In this document: in pieces, positions 48,343-56,747 of the stretch | Layout of the letters: every line of letters begins with the position of its first letter | Numbering within the stretch: the first letter of the stretch is position 1 | Source of the DNA: Candidatus Hydrogenedentota bacterium | GTDB lineage: Bacteria > Hydrogenedentota > Hydrogenedentia > Hydrogenedentales > JAEUWI01 | Reading direction: 5' to 3' | Length of the DNA stretch: 64,000 bases | NCBI GenBank assembly: GCA_016182605.1 | Contig: JACPGE010000046.1 | Span: 7,769 to 71,768 of the forward strand | The notes under the pieces: model-generated | Databases searched by the model: none | The model's input: only the letters and a program-made list of their open reading frames with translations | Told to the model about the DNA's origin: nothing | Translations under genes and position numbers: made by a program

Positions 48343-51300
48343 TCAACATCCTCCTGCCATCATACTGCGCATCGCATCTACCGCGTCACGGCCATCAGGC
48401 ACAAAAAGTAGCAACTCCTCATCCTCGAATTTTCTCAAAAGTTCCTCTAACTTAAGAACCTCGGAGAGCTTCCGTACTTCTGCCGTTTGCCACATCGATA
48501 ACGCCATCGCATGACGAAGTGACATATATTGTCTGCTACTCGCCGAACCCACAGTAAACAAAGCCCCGTTCGCTCTATCAATCAACACTCTTCTTCCCGC
48601 CGAGGGCCGAAAGTCGATATCATCTTCGACTTCTGATCGGCAAAGATGCATGCAACCTTCCCCAGGATCCACCGAGAAAATCAAATCCTCCAGCAAAACA
48701 ATATAAAAAGCCCTTATAAGTACGACATTTGCCAACAATGATTCCAATCGGCTCTCCCGCAAACTGAGTCGCACCTTATCTCCTTGGGCCTCCGCACAGA
48801 ATACGAAATGCACCGGACGATAACACGGCTCTTCCCCTTTCAATCCACTTCTCATCAATTCCACAGCTTCTGCGCATCGCCCGTCGCCTTCCTCTCGCAG
48901 TGTCCGCCAAAACTCCCTCCGCAATTCCCGCGACCGCTCCAAGTCATCGTATTCCTCGCCTCCGACTCCAAAATAATTATCCGTAGCGAAGGCAACTGCT
49001 TTCAGACATTGAAGAATTGAAACTCCGGACTTTACCTCTGCGAAGTCCTTCAGGAGTCCTTTCATCTGCTCCAAGAAAACTTCCGTCCCATGGGCCTCCT
49101 TCACAAGCAGCAACGGCCAGTTCTCTCGCCACCAAACTTCAAGCTGTTCCGTCAAAATCGTAAGCGAAAACTTAGACAACTCACCGCACTCACTCGCGCT
49201 TAACGCCATCTCTACCAAGAAGCACTGCAATGCATTCTCCGCAAGAAACACCATATTTTGCACCACGTCGTTGTCGGTGCCCTTCTTGTCCACTGCCAGC
49301 AGCAAGAGAATGATCTTGGAATACAATCCACCAATAGAATTCCCCGCGTGCGCTCCGTTGAAACAAACGAGCCGAGCGAATAGGAAACCTACAACCAACT
49401 CATTCAACAGGCAGCGGTCGAAATATGGATCAACAGTATTTGAGCCCCTTCCAGAAAGAACGCTACTTACAATACCGCCGGCACTCCCGGTAGCCGCCAA
49501 TGCCCCCAGAAATGCGTTTGAAGTCGACACAGGATGCAAAAATTCATGTAATATTATCCCAATATGCATCGGATGAGATGCTTGATTAGGATTTACATTG
49601 AATACCGCATAAGTGCAATCAAAACCCAATTTTGCACGGCTCGGTACGGTGATCGTAAGTGTTTCGGCCGAAGGCCGTTGATCCACTCTAAGTATGCCCC
49701 CGGAAAAATATACGGGGCCAAGCAGTGCCATCACTCCTTCGGCAAGCCCACTCCAAGCGTTTACTGCCAATGTGGTTCGCCCCCAGCGCTCCCCAACCGA
49801 GTCTATGTGATTGCTCCTGCGGGCACCCGAAGAAGAATTCCTGTTAAGCGCCGCGCTGAATGGCTCGGTGAATGCGCGCAATACATCTTCTGCCTCTCGT
49901 GCAATTACATTACCACACAATGGGGCCATCTGCACGGCCATATGCCAAGCCAAATAAGCATCAACCAACTCCAAGGCGATTGTAGAATCGCATGGATCCA
50001 TCAACTGTTCTTGAAAATGATGCGCCACACTCAAGTATTTGTCACGTAGGTGTCGGCTCGTTCGAAGCTTCTTGACCGCCATCAACGCATCGTAACGCGC
50101 GTGCTGCTCCTTCTCGGAATCATTCTTGGATACGGCACCTCGACCAAATCCACGGCGAACCAGGCTCTCCAGATAGTCTCTCGTACTGAATGGATAAGGG
50201 ATTCGTTTGTCTCGCCGCAACGGCAGCACATTCCGCTCTTGCGCAGTCGTTCTCAACACAAGTGTTGCGGCGCGCAAGGGAGTTCCTCGTTGAGCCGAGG
50301 CCACTCCACCTTCAGGAACGTATGTTCCCCTGCTCATCGTATCCATAAGTCGGTAATACTTTAACAGCACCTCAAGCGTCTGGACACCGCCGCCAATATT
50401 GACCATGCCACCGCTGCCCGTCGGCTCCAGCGGTAAAAGTTCCGACAATGGTATTTGAAAGTCATAGTACCCAAATACCGTGCGTTCCATACGGAAGGCT
50501 ATCTGCTCGCAAGATAACTTCTCCTTTTCCGCAAAATCCAATACACAGCGGCTCAGATCCTTTTCATGCCCCAGTTTCGTCGAGACTATCAATTCACCAT
50601 CAATCTCACCGGAGATGCCCCACCCGACTCCTGTGAAGCTCGTGCTCTTTGCTGCTTCCGCGAATGGCCATATCACTCCCGGTATTGTATTCGCCTGCGT
50701 AAATATGTGGTTAGCAGCAAAATGCCTCGCCGGATCAAACTCGATCTCCCCCCCGATGTTGGCGCACTTCGCCAACTCCTTGTAGCGCGAAACCAAAGCC
50801 GATTGCTGAATTCGATACACTTCAATCATGTCACCATGAGCTTGTTCTATCAAATCCTCCCAGGCATCAAAAACGTCGGCAACCGTAATACCCGCTATAG
50901 CATCCACGCACAAACGAACTTCCCCAAAGGCATTACTGGATACCAGTAGTGTGAAATCACTCCAATCCGACGACGCAAGCAACAACGCTTTCGGATGCCG
51001 AATGGTCTCATCGCACACTCCCAGCGCTGATTGAAGCCGATGCTCTATCACATGTAGTAGCGGAAGGTACCCGGCAGCCGCGTTCAGTGTCCTTACAAGT
51101 CCGGAAATCTGAACCCGGCAAATTGAGAATAAAGGCATCGGAGGTGGTGTCGCTGCTTGGGGGCGCCCATTTTCAATCTCAACCTGATTAAGCGCGATAA
51201 ATTCACCGGAATTCCATTGCTGCAACACTCGAAATGTGCCCCTGAGCTCAATGGCGTCTGGTACTACAGCCGCTCCTTGAATGCAATGAACTGCCTTTAA

Positions 51301-51660
51301 TCCATTTACAGTACAAATATTTTCTCCTATACCATAGGAGTGTGTTCTAAATATAGCGGCTAGCTGCATCTCGCCAAGCAATGAAACAAACAGAGGCAGG
51401 GTTGGAACAATCTCAACGCACCCATCTCTTTCATATGCGTCAAGCCCGACGGCCTTTCGCTCTTGCCTAATCGACTCAAGATTCACTTGCATTGAGCAGG
51501 CGTCGTCCACCATCATCTGACGCTTCCGATGAATGAGTATGCGACGTTTTATTCGCGCCACAACCTCCGCCTCATCATCAGGCGAGACTGCAATCAGCAG
51601 AACATTGATCAACTCACCTTCCAAATAGACGCCCAATGGGTTGATTTTCAATTTGCGCAT
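48343..51660 (-). CDS. 1105-aa protein of unknown function with HEFLH (HExxH) motif; last gene of the KAP-NTPase operon
   Basis: Uninterrupted 3.3-kb ORF in ~50% GC DNA, where long shadow ORFs are unlikely. HEFLH is encoded at 49534-49548. No other recognisable motif. Confidence 0.75.
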   Translation of the reverse strand: MRKLKINPLGVYLEGELINVLLIAVSPDDEAEVVARIKRRILIHRKRQMMVDDACSMQVNLESIRQERKAVGLDAYERDGCVEIVPTLPLFVSLLGEMQLAAIFRTHSYGIGENICTVNGLKAVHCIQGAAVVPDAIELRGTFRVLQQWNSGEFIALNQVEIENGRPQAATPPPMPLFSICRVQISGLVRTLNAAAGYLPLLHVIEHRLQSALGVCDETIRHPKALLLASSDWSDFTLLVSSNAFGEVRLCVDAIAGITVADVFDAWEDLIEQAHGDMIEVYRIQQSALVSRYKELAKCANIGGEIEFDPARHFAANHIFTQANTIPGVIWPFAEAAKSTSFTGVGWGISGEIDGELIVSTKLGHEKDLSRCVLDFAEKEKLSCEQIAFRMERTVFGYYDFQIPLSELLPLEPTGSGGMVNIGGGVQTLEVLLKYYRLMDTMSRGTYVPEGGVASAQRGTPLRAATLVLRTTAQERNVLPLRRDKRIPYPFSTRDYLESLVRRGFGRGAVSKNDSEKEQHARYDALMAVKKLRTSRHLRDKYLSVAHHFQEQLMDPCDSTIALELVDAYLAWHMAVQMAPLCGNVIAREAEDVLRAFTEPFSAALNRNSSSGARRSNHIDSVGERWGRTTLAVNAWSGLAEGVMALLGPVYFSGGILRVDQRPSAETLTITVPSRAKLGFDCTYAVFNVNPNQASHPMHIGIILHEFLHPVSTSNAFLGALAATGSAGGIVSSVLSGRGSNTVDPYFDRCLLNELVVGFLFARLVCFNGAHAGNSIGGLYSKIILLLLAVDKKGTDNDVVQNMVFLAENALQCFLVEMALSASECGELSKFSLTILTEQLEVWWRENWPLLLVKEAHGTEVFLEQMKGLLKDFAEVKSGVSILQCLKAVAFATDNYFGVGGEEYDDLERSRELRREFWRTLREEGDGRCAEAVELMRSGLKGEEPCYRPVHFVFCAEAQGDKVRLSLRESRLESLLANVVLIRAFYIVLLEDLIFSVDPGEGCMHLCRSEVEDDIDFRPSAGRRVLIDRANGALFTVGSASSRQYMSLRHAMALSMWQTAEVRKLSEVLKLEELLRKFEDEELLLFVPDGRDAVDAMRSMMAGGC

Positions 51661-51710
51661 GTGTTCTCCTGGCAGGCTCTTGTTCGACTTTCATCGGGCA
51701 AGATGGGTGT

Positions 51711-52319
51711 TCAGCGCTTACGAACTTCTAATTGCTGTAATGCAATGGAAAAACCCTCCGTCAATCTTCTAATCACCCATCCAGTGCCCTCCTGGTTGAA
51801 TGCAGCAGCCTGGCGGAATTGCACTCCCCTGCAGTCGGTACCTTGAACTGATTCTTCTGATAGGATCTCGCCTCCAACTGCTACATGGACGGTTACTCCT
51901 TCTCGCTTGCTCACTTTGCGCTGCACGATCGGCTTGGATACTGCATTACGAGGCCCTGAGCTGGTGATCGAGCCTGTGCATTCCGCCGGACTCGGATACG
52001 CTTGGAGCGCCAACTTGCCCTCAGTAAAGGCAATTGCGCTGTCATCGCTCAGGTCCGGGAAATCCTGATGTAAATCGATCGACATCCAAGGCGAATTGGA
52101 TGCCAAATCATTGTGGTAGGCTCGCTTTCTCACATCCAGGAATAGTCGTCGAACCATGCCTCGATGCAAGCACATTCGAGAATCCACGTAAGCACCGCGA
52201 AAAAAAACGGCCAGATCCCTCATACCACTATCGAAATTTTCTTGATTCTGTGCACCATATGTAATTTCTAGAAGCTCTTCGATGACCTCCTGCAATCGCT
52301 CAAAGTTCATGCTGTCCAC
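51711..52319 (-). CDS. 202-aa hypothetical protein (operon gene 3)
   Basis: ORF in the low-GC island. The start overlaps the upstream gene by 13 nt. No recognisable motif. Confidence 0.6.
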   Translation of the reverse strand: MDSMNFERLQEVIEELLEITYGAQNQENFDSGMRDLAVFFRGAYVDSRMCLHRGMVRRLFLDVRKRAYHNDLASNSPWMSIDLHQDFPDLSDDSAIAFTEGKLALQAYPSPAECTGSITSSGPRNAVSKPIVQRKVSKREGVTVHVAVGGEILSEESVQGTDCRGVQFRQAAAFNQEGTGWVIRRLTEGFSIALQQLEVRKR

Positions 52320-53260
52320 GTTATTGGCCTTCTGGCAAGATGCTTTGCCAACTGCTCTGGATCAAGTCCTTCGAAATAGAGATTCGCGGTACCTTTGGAA
52401 GTTTCAATCCAACTTTGGTGCATACATACAATTGCTCTTATCCCAAATCTGCTGACGAATGACATGGCATCAGACACCAATCCTTCATAGCGGCGGGCAT
52501 CAATATCAAGTGAAGAATTCTCGCTCCGGTTATCAGTTTTTCCCGTGGACTGTATGTAATACTTTGTGATGCAATGCGTCTCCTTTAAGAATCTCTCGAA
52601 TCGACTCAACTCCAGGCGGGGAGTCGAGGAGTCCTTTGCCGTGCAATCATAGATATAGTGAAGTTGAGCGATTGGAGCTCGCCCCAATCTATCATAAGCA
52701 TTGCGATCCGGAGGAAGGATCCGGAACTCCGATTGACAGAAGTCTCCGACGGCCGCGGCCATAAAAGACCAATTCGTATCAGGTGGAACCCAAAGGTTAG
52801 CAATCGATGTCAACCAGCTCGATCTTAGAGCATCGGCTCGTTTCCCTTTCAGACTCACAATGTAACGACGCATTTCTTCACAAGAGGAGTTCAATTTCTC
52901 GCTTCTTACTGCGCTTCTTCCCGCAAATTGCTTGTAAATCTCGCCAACAATATAGTTTACGTCCACTTCTTCCTCATCAAGAGTTGTCGCGTAATGGCTC
53001 GTGTTGTTATGCGTGGTGGCGAGCGCTTTGATCGTCGGTGTAATTCGTTCCATCCGGTCGCTGCTGCGAGCAGAAAGAATTGAAGAACGCAAGAGTTTGT
53101 CAAAACCCTCCTTTAGGCTTCCCAGATCAAATTGCACGCCACCAGTTGAACCATTCGGTAACTTAAAAGTTTCAATATCCAAATGGCGCTCCTTGTAGAG
53201 TACCTTCTCGACAATCTCGTGATCCAACGAACTATGCTCATTCATTGCCAGCCACCTCAA
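52307..53260 (-). CDS. 317-aa hypothetical protein (operon gene 2)
   Basis: ORF overlaps the KAP gene stop (23 nt, or 8 nt if the ATG at 53245 is used). No recognisable motif. Confidence 0.6.
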   Translation of the reverse strand: MRWLAMNEHSSLDHEIVEKVLYKERHLDIETFKLPNGSTGGVQFDLGSLKEGFDKLLRSSILSARSSDRMERITPTIKALATTHNNTSHYATTLDEEEVDVNYIVGEIYKQFAGRSAVRSEKLNSSCEEMRRYIVSLKGKRADALRSSWLTSIANLWVPPDTNWSFMAAAVGDFCQSEFRILPPDRNAYDRLGRAPIAQLHYIYDCTAKDSSTPRLELSRFERFLKETHCITKYYIQSTGKTDNRSENSSLDIDARRYEGLVSDAMSFVSRFGIRAIVCMHQSWIETSKGTANLYFEGLDPEQLAKHLARRPITWTA

Positions 53261-54494
53261 AAGCGCAGGACGGACTCAACCTAATAAAGCAGAGAAGATG
53301 TGGATAATTTCGCAATAGTCTCTCAAAGAATTCCCGGGCGGTAGGAGACCATCCGGGATCCATCATTAACTCTTCAAACTCCTCTGGGGCGCTACGCCGC
53401 ATATTGGCACATTCCTCCACGGTGGCTGGTATTTTCATTGACTTTGAAAGTAACTTTCCATAGAGTCCGGGTTCCGTCATGACGGAGCGCCAAATCTCAC
53501 CGAAACAGTGCTTTAGTATGAAGTCTTTCAAGGCAGCCATGATTGGGCTCCGTGCGGTAATTCTCCTCTCGAATAGCCATGCCATAAGGAGCCGCTTGAG
53601 GGCTCGCGGATTTAGCGGCGCACCAATCAGAATCAAGCGCCGTTCGTCCCGTGAGACCTCGCTACCTTCAGGAAACCCCTCCAGTAGCCGGTCTATAAAC
53701 TCGGCAGCGACTCCAACGTCCAAGTCTGGCACAGAAAGAGAAACATCTATCAACTTGTCCAAGTAGCTCTTTGACAACTCATCCGCATTGCGAAACCCAT
53801 GGCCGTTGTATCTTGAATATACTGCTTCACGAATCGTTCGGGAGTCGAGAGCCAAGACAAATCGGCACTTGGTAGTTCCAAGCAGCAATTTGATCGTCTC
53901 AAGCATATTGAGTGCGACCTCGGGGGCCACCCTATCCAAATCGTCGAATAACAAGACCTTGGGTTTTCCAGTGGCCAAAGTGCGCTGCAACTTCTTAAGT
54001 CCTTGCTCCGCTTCAGAAAAATGCGCGCTCGCCAACTGCTCATTGCTCGATTGAATGCGATCAAAATCCTCGACTTTTTCATCTAATTTAATTGATACGG
54101 GTGCTCCGGGAACTTTAATTTCAATCGCACGCAACAAAATAGACACCGCCGAAAGTGCATTCAACGAGGCAAGAGTAAATTCTCGGCGAATCGCCGCCGA
54201 TGGCGAATCACAAGACCTAACAATATCACGCCGAATGGCGAAGTCCATATTCTCATGCTTTTCATATCGCCACAAATCCAACCAGCGAACGTCATGATCG
54301 CGCGGCAACGCGTTCTGGAGCAGCCTTAAATAAGATGTCTTTCCGCTTCCCCAGTCACCAAAAATTGCAACTACTGTTCCGTCTGCCATGTGAGGCAACA
54401 GCTTGGCAAGTTCACTGGCATGGTTCGAAAAACCGAGGAAATCCTCGGACTCACTGCAAATAGGTGCCTGTGATATTTCCCCTGATTCATTCAC
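53238..54494 (-). CDS. KAP-family P-loop NTPase (operon gene 1)
   Basis: EDFLGFSNHASELAKLL N-terminus, Walker A GDWGSGKTS (54333-54359), Walker B LLFDDLDR (DDLDR at 53931-53945), and SYLDKLIDVSLSVP. GTG start. Confidence 0.8.
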   Translation of the reverse strand: MNESGEISQAPICSESEDFLGFSNHASELAKLLPHMADGTVVAIFGDWGSGKTSYLRLLQNALPRDHDVRWLDLWRYEKHENMDFAIRRDIVRSCDSPSAAIRREFTLASLNALSAVSILLRAIEIKVPGAPVSIKLDEKVEDFDRIQSSNEQLASAHFSEAEQGLKKLQRTLATGKPKVLLFDDLDRVAPEVALNMLETIKLLLGTTKCRFVLALDSRTIREAVYSRYNGHGFRNADELSKSYLDKLIDVSLSVPDLDVGVAAEFIDRLLEGFPEGSEVSRDERRLILIGAPLNPRALKRLLMAWLFERRITARSPIMAALKDFILKHCFGEIWRSVMTEPGLYGKLLSKSMKIPATVEECANMRRSAPEEFEELMMDPGWSPTAREFFERLLRNYPHLLCFIRLSPSCAFEVAGNE

Positions 54495-54562
54495 TCTTAA
54501 TTGGCTTTCCAGTTACCTTAGTTATATGGTTCGCTTATTTTTTTTAATGCTTGCGGCTTTTG

Positions 54563-54591
54563 AGTATACGAATATTGACTCCGTTGTTCAA
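54563..54591 (-). promoter_or_regulatory. Sigma70-like promoter candidate for the KAP operon
   Basis: The minus strand reads TTGAAC-17 nt-TATACT (-35 at 54586-54591, -10 at 54563-54568), about 70 nt upstream of the GTG start, in an AT-rich stretch. Applicability of the E. coli consensus to this organism is unknown. Confidence 0.3.
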
Positions 54592-54735
54592 TAGGCATCA
54601 TAGAGGGGTCGCGGAATCCTTGATTCCTGACTCGATTAGACTCGACCCCCACGTAATATACAGGCCCAACGAACCAAGCAAACACTACATATAGTTGCAG
54701 GGCGGCTACTTTACACAACCAATACTATCTTTAAG

Positions 54736-55249
54736 TTGTGCTTCGGATTAGGCTACGGAGCTCGTACCACTCTCGCCGCCACGAGTCCTCGCCCCGCAAC
54801 TTGTTGTGTATTGCCTACGGCGGCACAACACCCAGTTGTTCTCGCTCTTCCTTACCTCCCAGACTGGCCGCCGTGGTGGCTTGGAAAGGCGGCGCAGGCT
54901 ACTTTTGAGATGGTGCGGCTCCGGGGGCAGCAGGCAATGATGGACGCCATGCTCCAGGAGTATCCAGAGTTCCGCGCCGTACTCGATCAGGCCGATCCCA
55001 TCCATGCCTTCGAAAAAATTCCCCCCCAAGGCTCTCGCCCTCATCAACAACCAGGACGACCCGCTCATCCCCCGTGCATGCGCTGAATCCCTCTACCAGA
55101 AACTCCTCCCCCTCTACGAAAAACACCCCGCCAACCTCCTCCTCAAGCTGTGCCCAACCAACAAGCCCACGCACGACGACCAGACCGAAGCCTTCGACGC
55201 CGGATGCCAATGGCTCGAAGACCACCTCCTGAACAGGCAGCCCGGCTAA
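54736..55249 (+). pseudogene. 5'-truncated and frameshifted remnant of an alpha/beta hydrolase (dienelactone-hydrolase/peptidase S9-like C-terminus)
   Basis: Two overlapping frames (54736-55086 and 55004-55249) join sensibly across an A6/C7 homopolymer run (55013-55027). The result reads ...DPIHAFEK / PPKALALINNQDDPLIP...THDD..., which looks like the C-terminal Asp/His part of a hydrolase with no N-terminal nucleophile region. Confidence 0.4.
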
Positions 55250-55257
55250 GCCCCCCG

Positions 55258-55301
55258 CTCACCCCTTGCGCAGATCCACCATCGCCGTGGCGACGCCCGC
55301 G
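55258..55301. repeat. Right copy of ~44-bp imperfect direct repeat (att-like), inside the 3' end of the beta-helix gene
   Basis: gctcaccccttgcgcagatccaccatcgccgtggcgacgcccgc. The 19-bp perfect core at 55271-55289 is identical to 48047-48065. Confidence 0.65.
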
Positions 55302-56626
55302 ATCATGTTCGCCTCAAGCACATTTTCACCGGCCTCTGCGCCGATGCGGATGCCGATGCGCTGCGCCGGGCCGCGGCGTTCTTCTATCGTGTTCTGCCGG
55401 ATCGTGTTGCCCTCCGTCACCCCCTGAAGATCGATCGCGATGCCGTCGTCACCGCCGGAATCGAGGATGCGATTGCCTTCGATCACGTTGCCCGTGGCAG
55501 TGAAGCCCTCGCCGCGTTCGGGCCGGAAGAGCACACCAACCTTGCCGCTGCCCTCGATGGTGTTGTTGCGCACGATGTTATAGTGGTCGCGGTGGCCGAT
55601 GCTGACACCCTCGCCGCTGTTGCCCACGATCATGTTGTCTTCCGCCATGCCTTCGCGCACGCCCCAGCAGAAGAAGATGCCGATGGTGTTGTTCTCGATG
55701 CGGTTGTTCCGCATGACGGGCCGCTGCGATCCGGAGCCGGGGTGCAGGCCGAGATCGGCGTTGCCGTGGCTGTGGCAGTGCTCGACCAGAACATCGTGGC
55801 AAATCTGCCAACTGATGCCATCGCCGTTGTAATTGCGCGCCTCCACCCGCCGGAAACTCAGATCGGAGCAGTCCTGAAACCACATGCCGCCGCCATAGTT
55901 TCCGTTCAGGTTTGCATTGTTTTCGCGGTTGCCGTCGATCGCCAGATTCTCAATGGCAATGTCCGACTGAAACTCCGCTGTGATCACGGGGAAAAGCGCC
56001 GCCACTTCCGGGGTCTGATCCATCCAGAAGTTCACGCGCGGCGCCTGGTCAAGCTTGAAGCGGTTGCCGCTGCGCGCGATCAGGGTGCGACGCAACACGT
56101 CCATGCCGCCCGTGTGCGGGTTCTTCGTGCGCAGGCACACCCCGTCGCCCACATTGAAGCCCCGCGCATCCGCCAGCGTGATCTCCTGGTCGAACCAGTC
56201 CGTGTCCGCCGCGAGGGTCGTCGAAAATGACGGCGCCTTGAAGAGCACCGTCTCCGCGCCACTGCCCACGATGCGCAGCCCCGACTTTACAAAGATGCTG
56301 TTGCGGCAGGTGTACGTGCCCGGCAAAATCTTCACCGTGCCCCCGCCCAGACGCGTGCAATAGTCCGCGGCAGCCTGAATGGCCCGCTCCGTCGTGCCTT
56401 CGAAATCGCCGCCTTTGCCCACGGTCACGGTGACGCGCTCCTCCCACTGCGGCTCGCGCCGTCCATCGCCCGAGGTGCTCTTCACCGGCGCGCCGAGTTG
56501 GGGCTCTTCCGCCCGGGCGCAAGGCAACGTCAAAGCGGAAGCCATGGCGGCGAGCTGCAGAAAGCCGCGCCGGTTCAGTGTGTTGGGTGCGCTCATGCTT
56601 TTCATCCTCGGGTTGGGCCGCGTCAC
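55259..56626 (-). CDS. Tat-exported right-handed parallel beta-helix repeat protein (pectate-lyase/NosD-like fold)
   Basis: NRRGFLQLAAMASALTL twin-arginine signal. Repeated N.I..N...GI and G...N.I.GN beta-helix repeat pattern. Confidence 0.7.
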   Translation of the reverse strand: MTRPNPRMKSMSAPNTLNRRGFLQLAAMASALTLPCARAEEPQLGAPVKSTSGDGRREPQWEERVTVTVGKGGDFEGTTERAIQAAADYCTRLGGGTVKILPGTYTCRNSIFVKSGLRIVGSGAETVLFKAPSFSTTLAADTDWFDQEITLADARGFNVGDGVCLRTKNPHTGGMDVLRRTLIARSGNRFKLDQAPRVNFWMDQTPEVAALFPVITAEFQSDIAIENLAIDGNRENNANLNGNYGGGMWFQDCSDLSFRRVEARNYNGDGISWQICHDVLVEHCHSHGNADLGLHPGSGSQRPVMRNNRIENNTIGIFFCWGVREGMAEDNMIVGNSGEGVSIGHRDHYNIVRNNTIEGSGKVGVLFRPERGEGFTATGNVIEGNRILDSGGDDGIAIDLQGVTEGNTIRQNTIEERRGPAQRIGIRIGAEAGENVLEANMIAGVATAMVDLRKG

Positions 56627-56747
56627 GGTAGCATGGGGTTTGAACGGGCCGCAAAGTCTGCGCCGGGTTGATTCAATCGCGCGTTCCCGCTAATATGCGG
56701 ATCTGGCGCGTTGTGGATCCAACTGATACGATTACGGGGATCGCTGC

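Noticed and set aside
48078-55257. Searched the direct-repeat-bounded segment for an integrase, recombinase or transposase.
   Set aside because: None of the ORFs shows tyrosine-recombinase (R..H..R..Y), serine-recombinase or DDE motifs that I can recognise. Mobility is therefore inferred only from the repeats and the GC shift.
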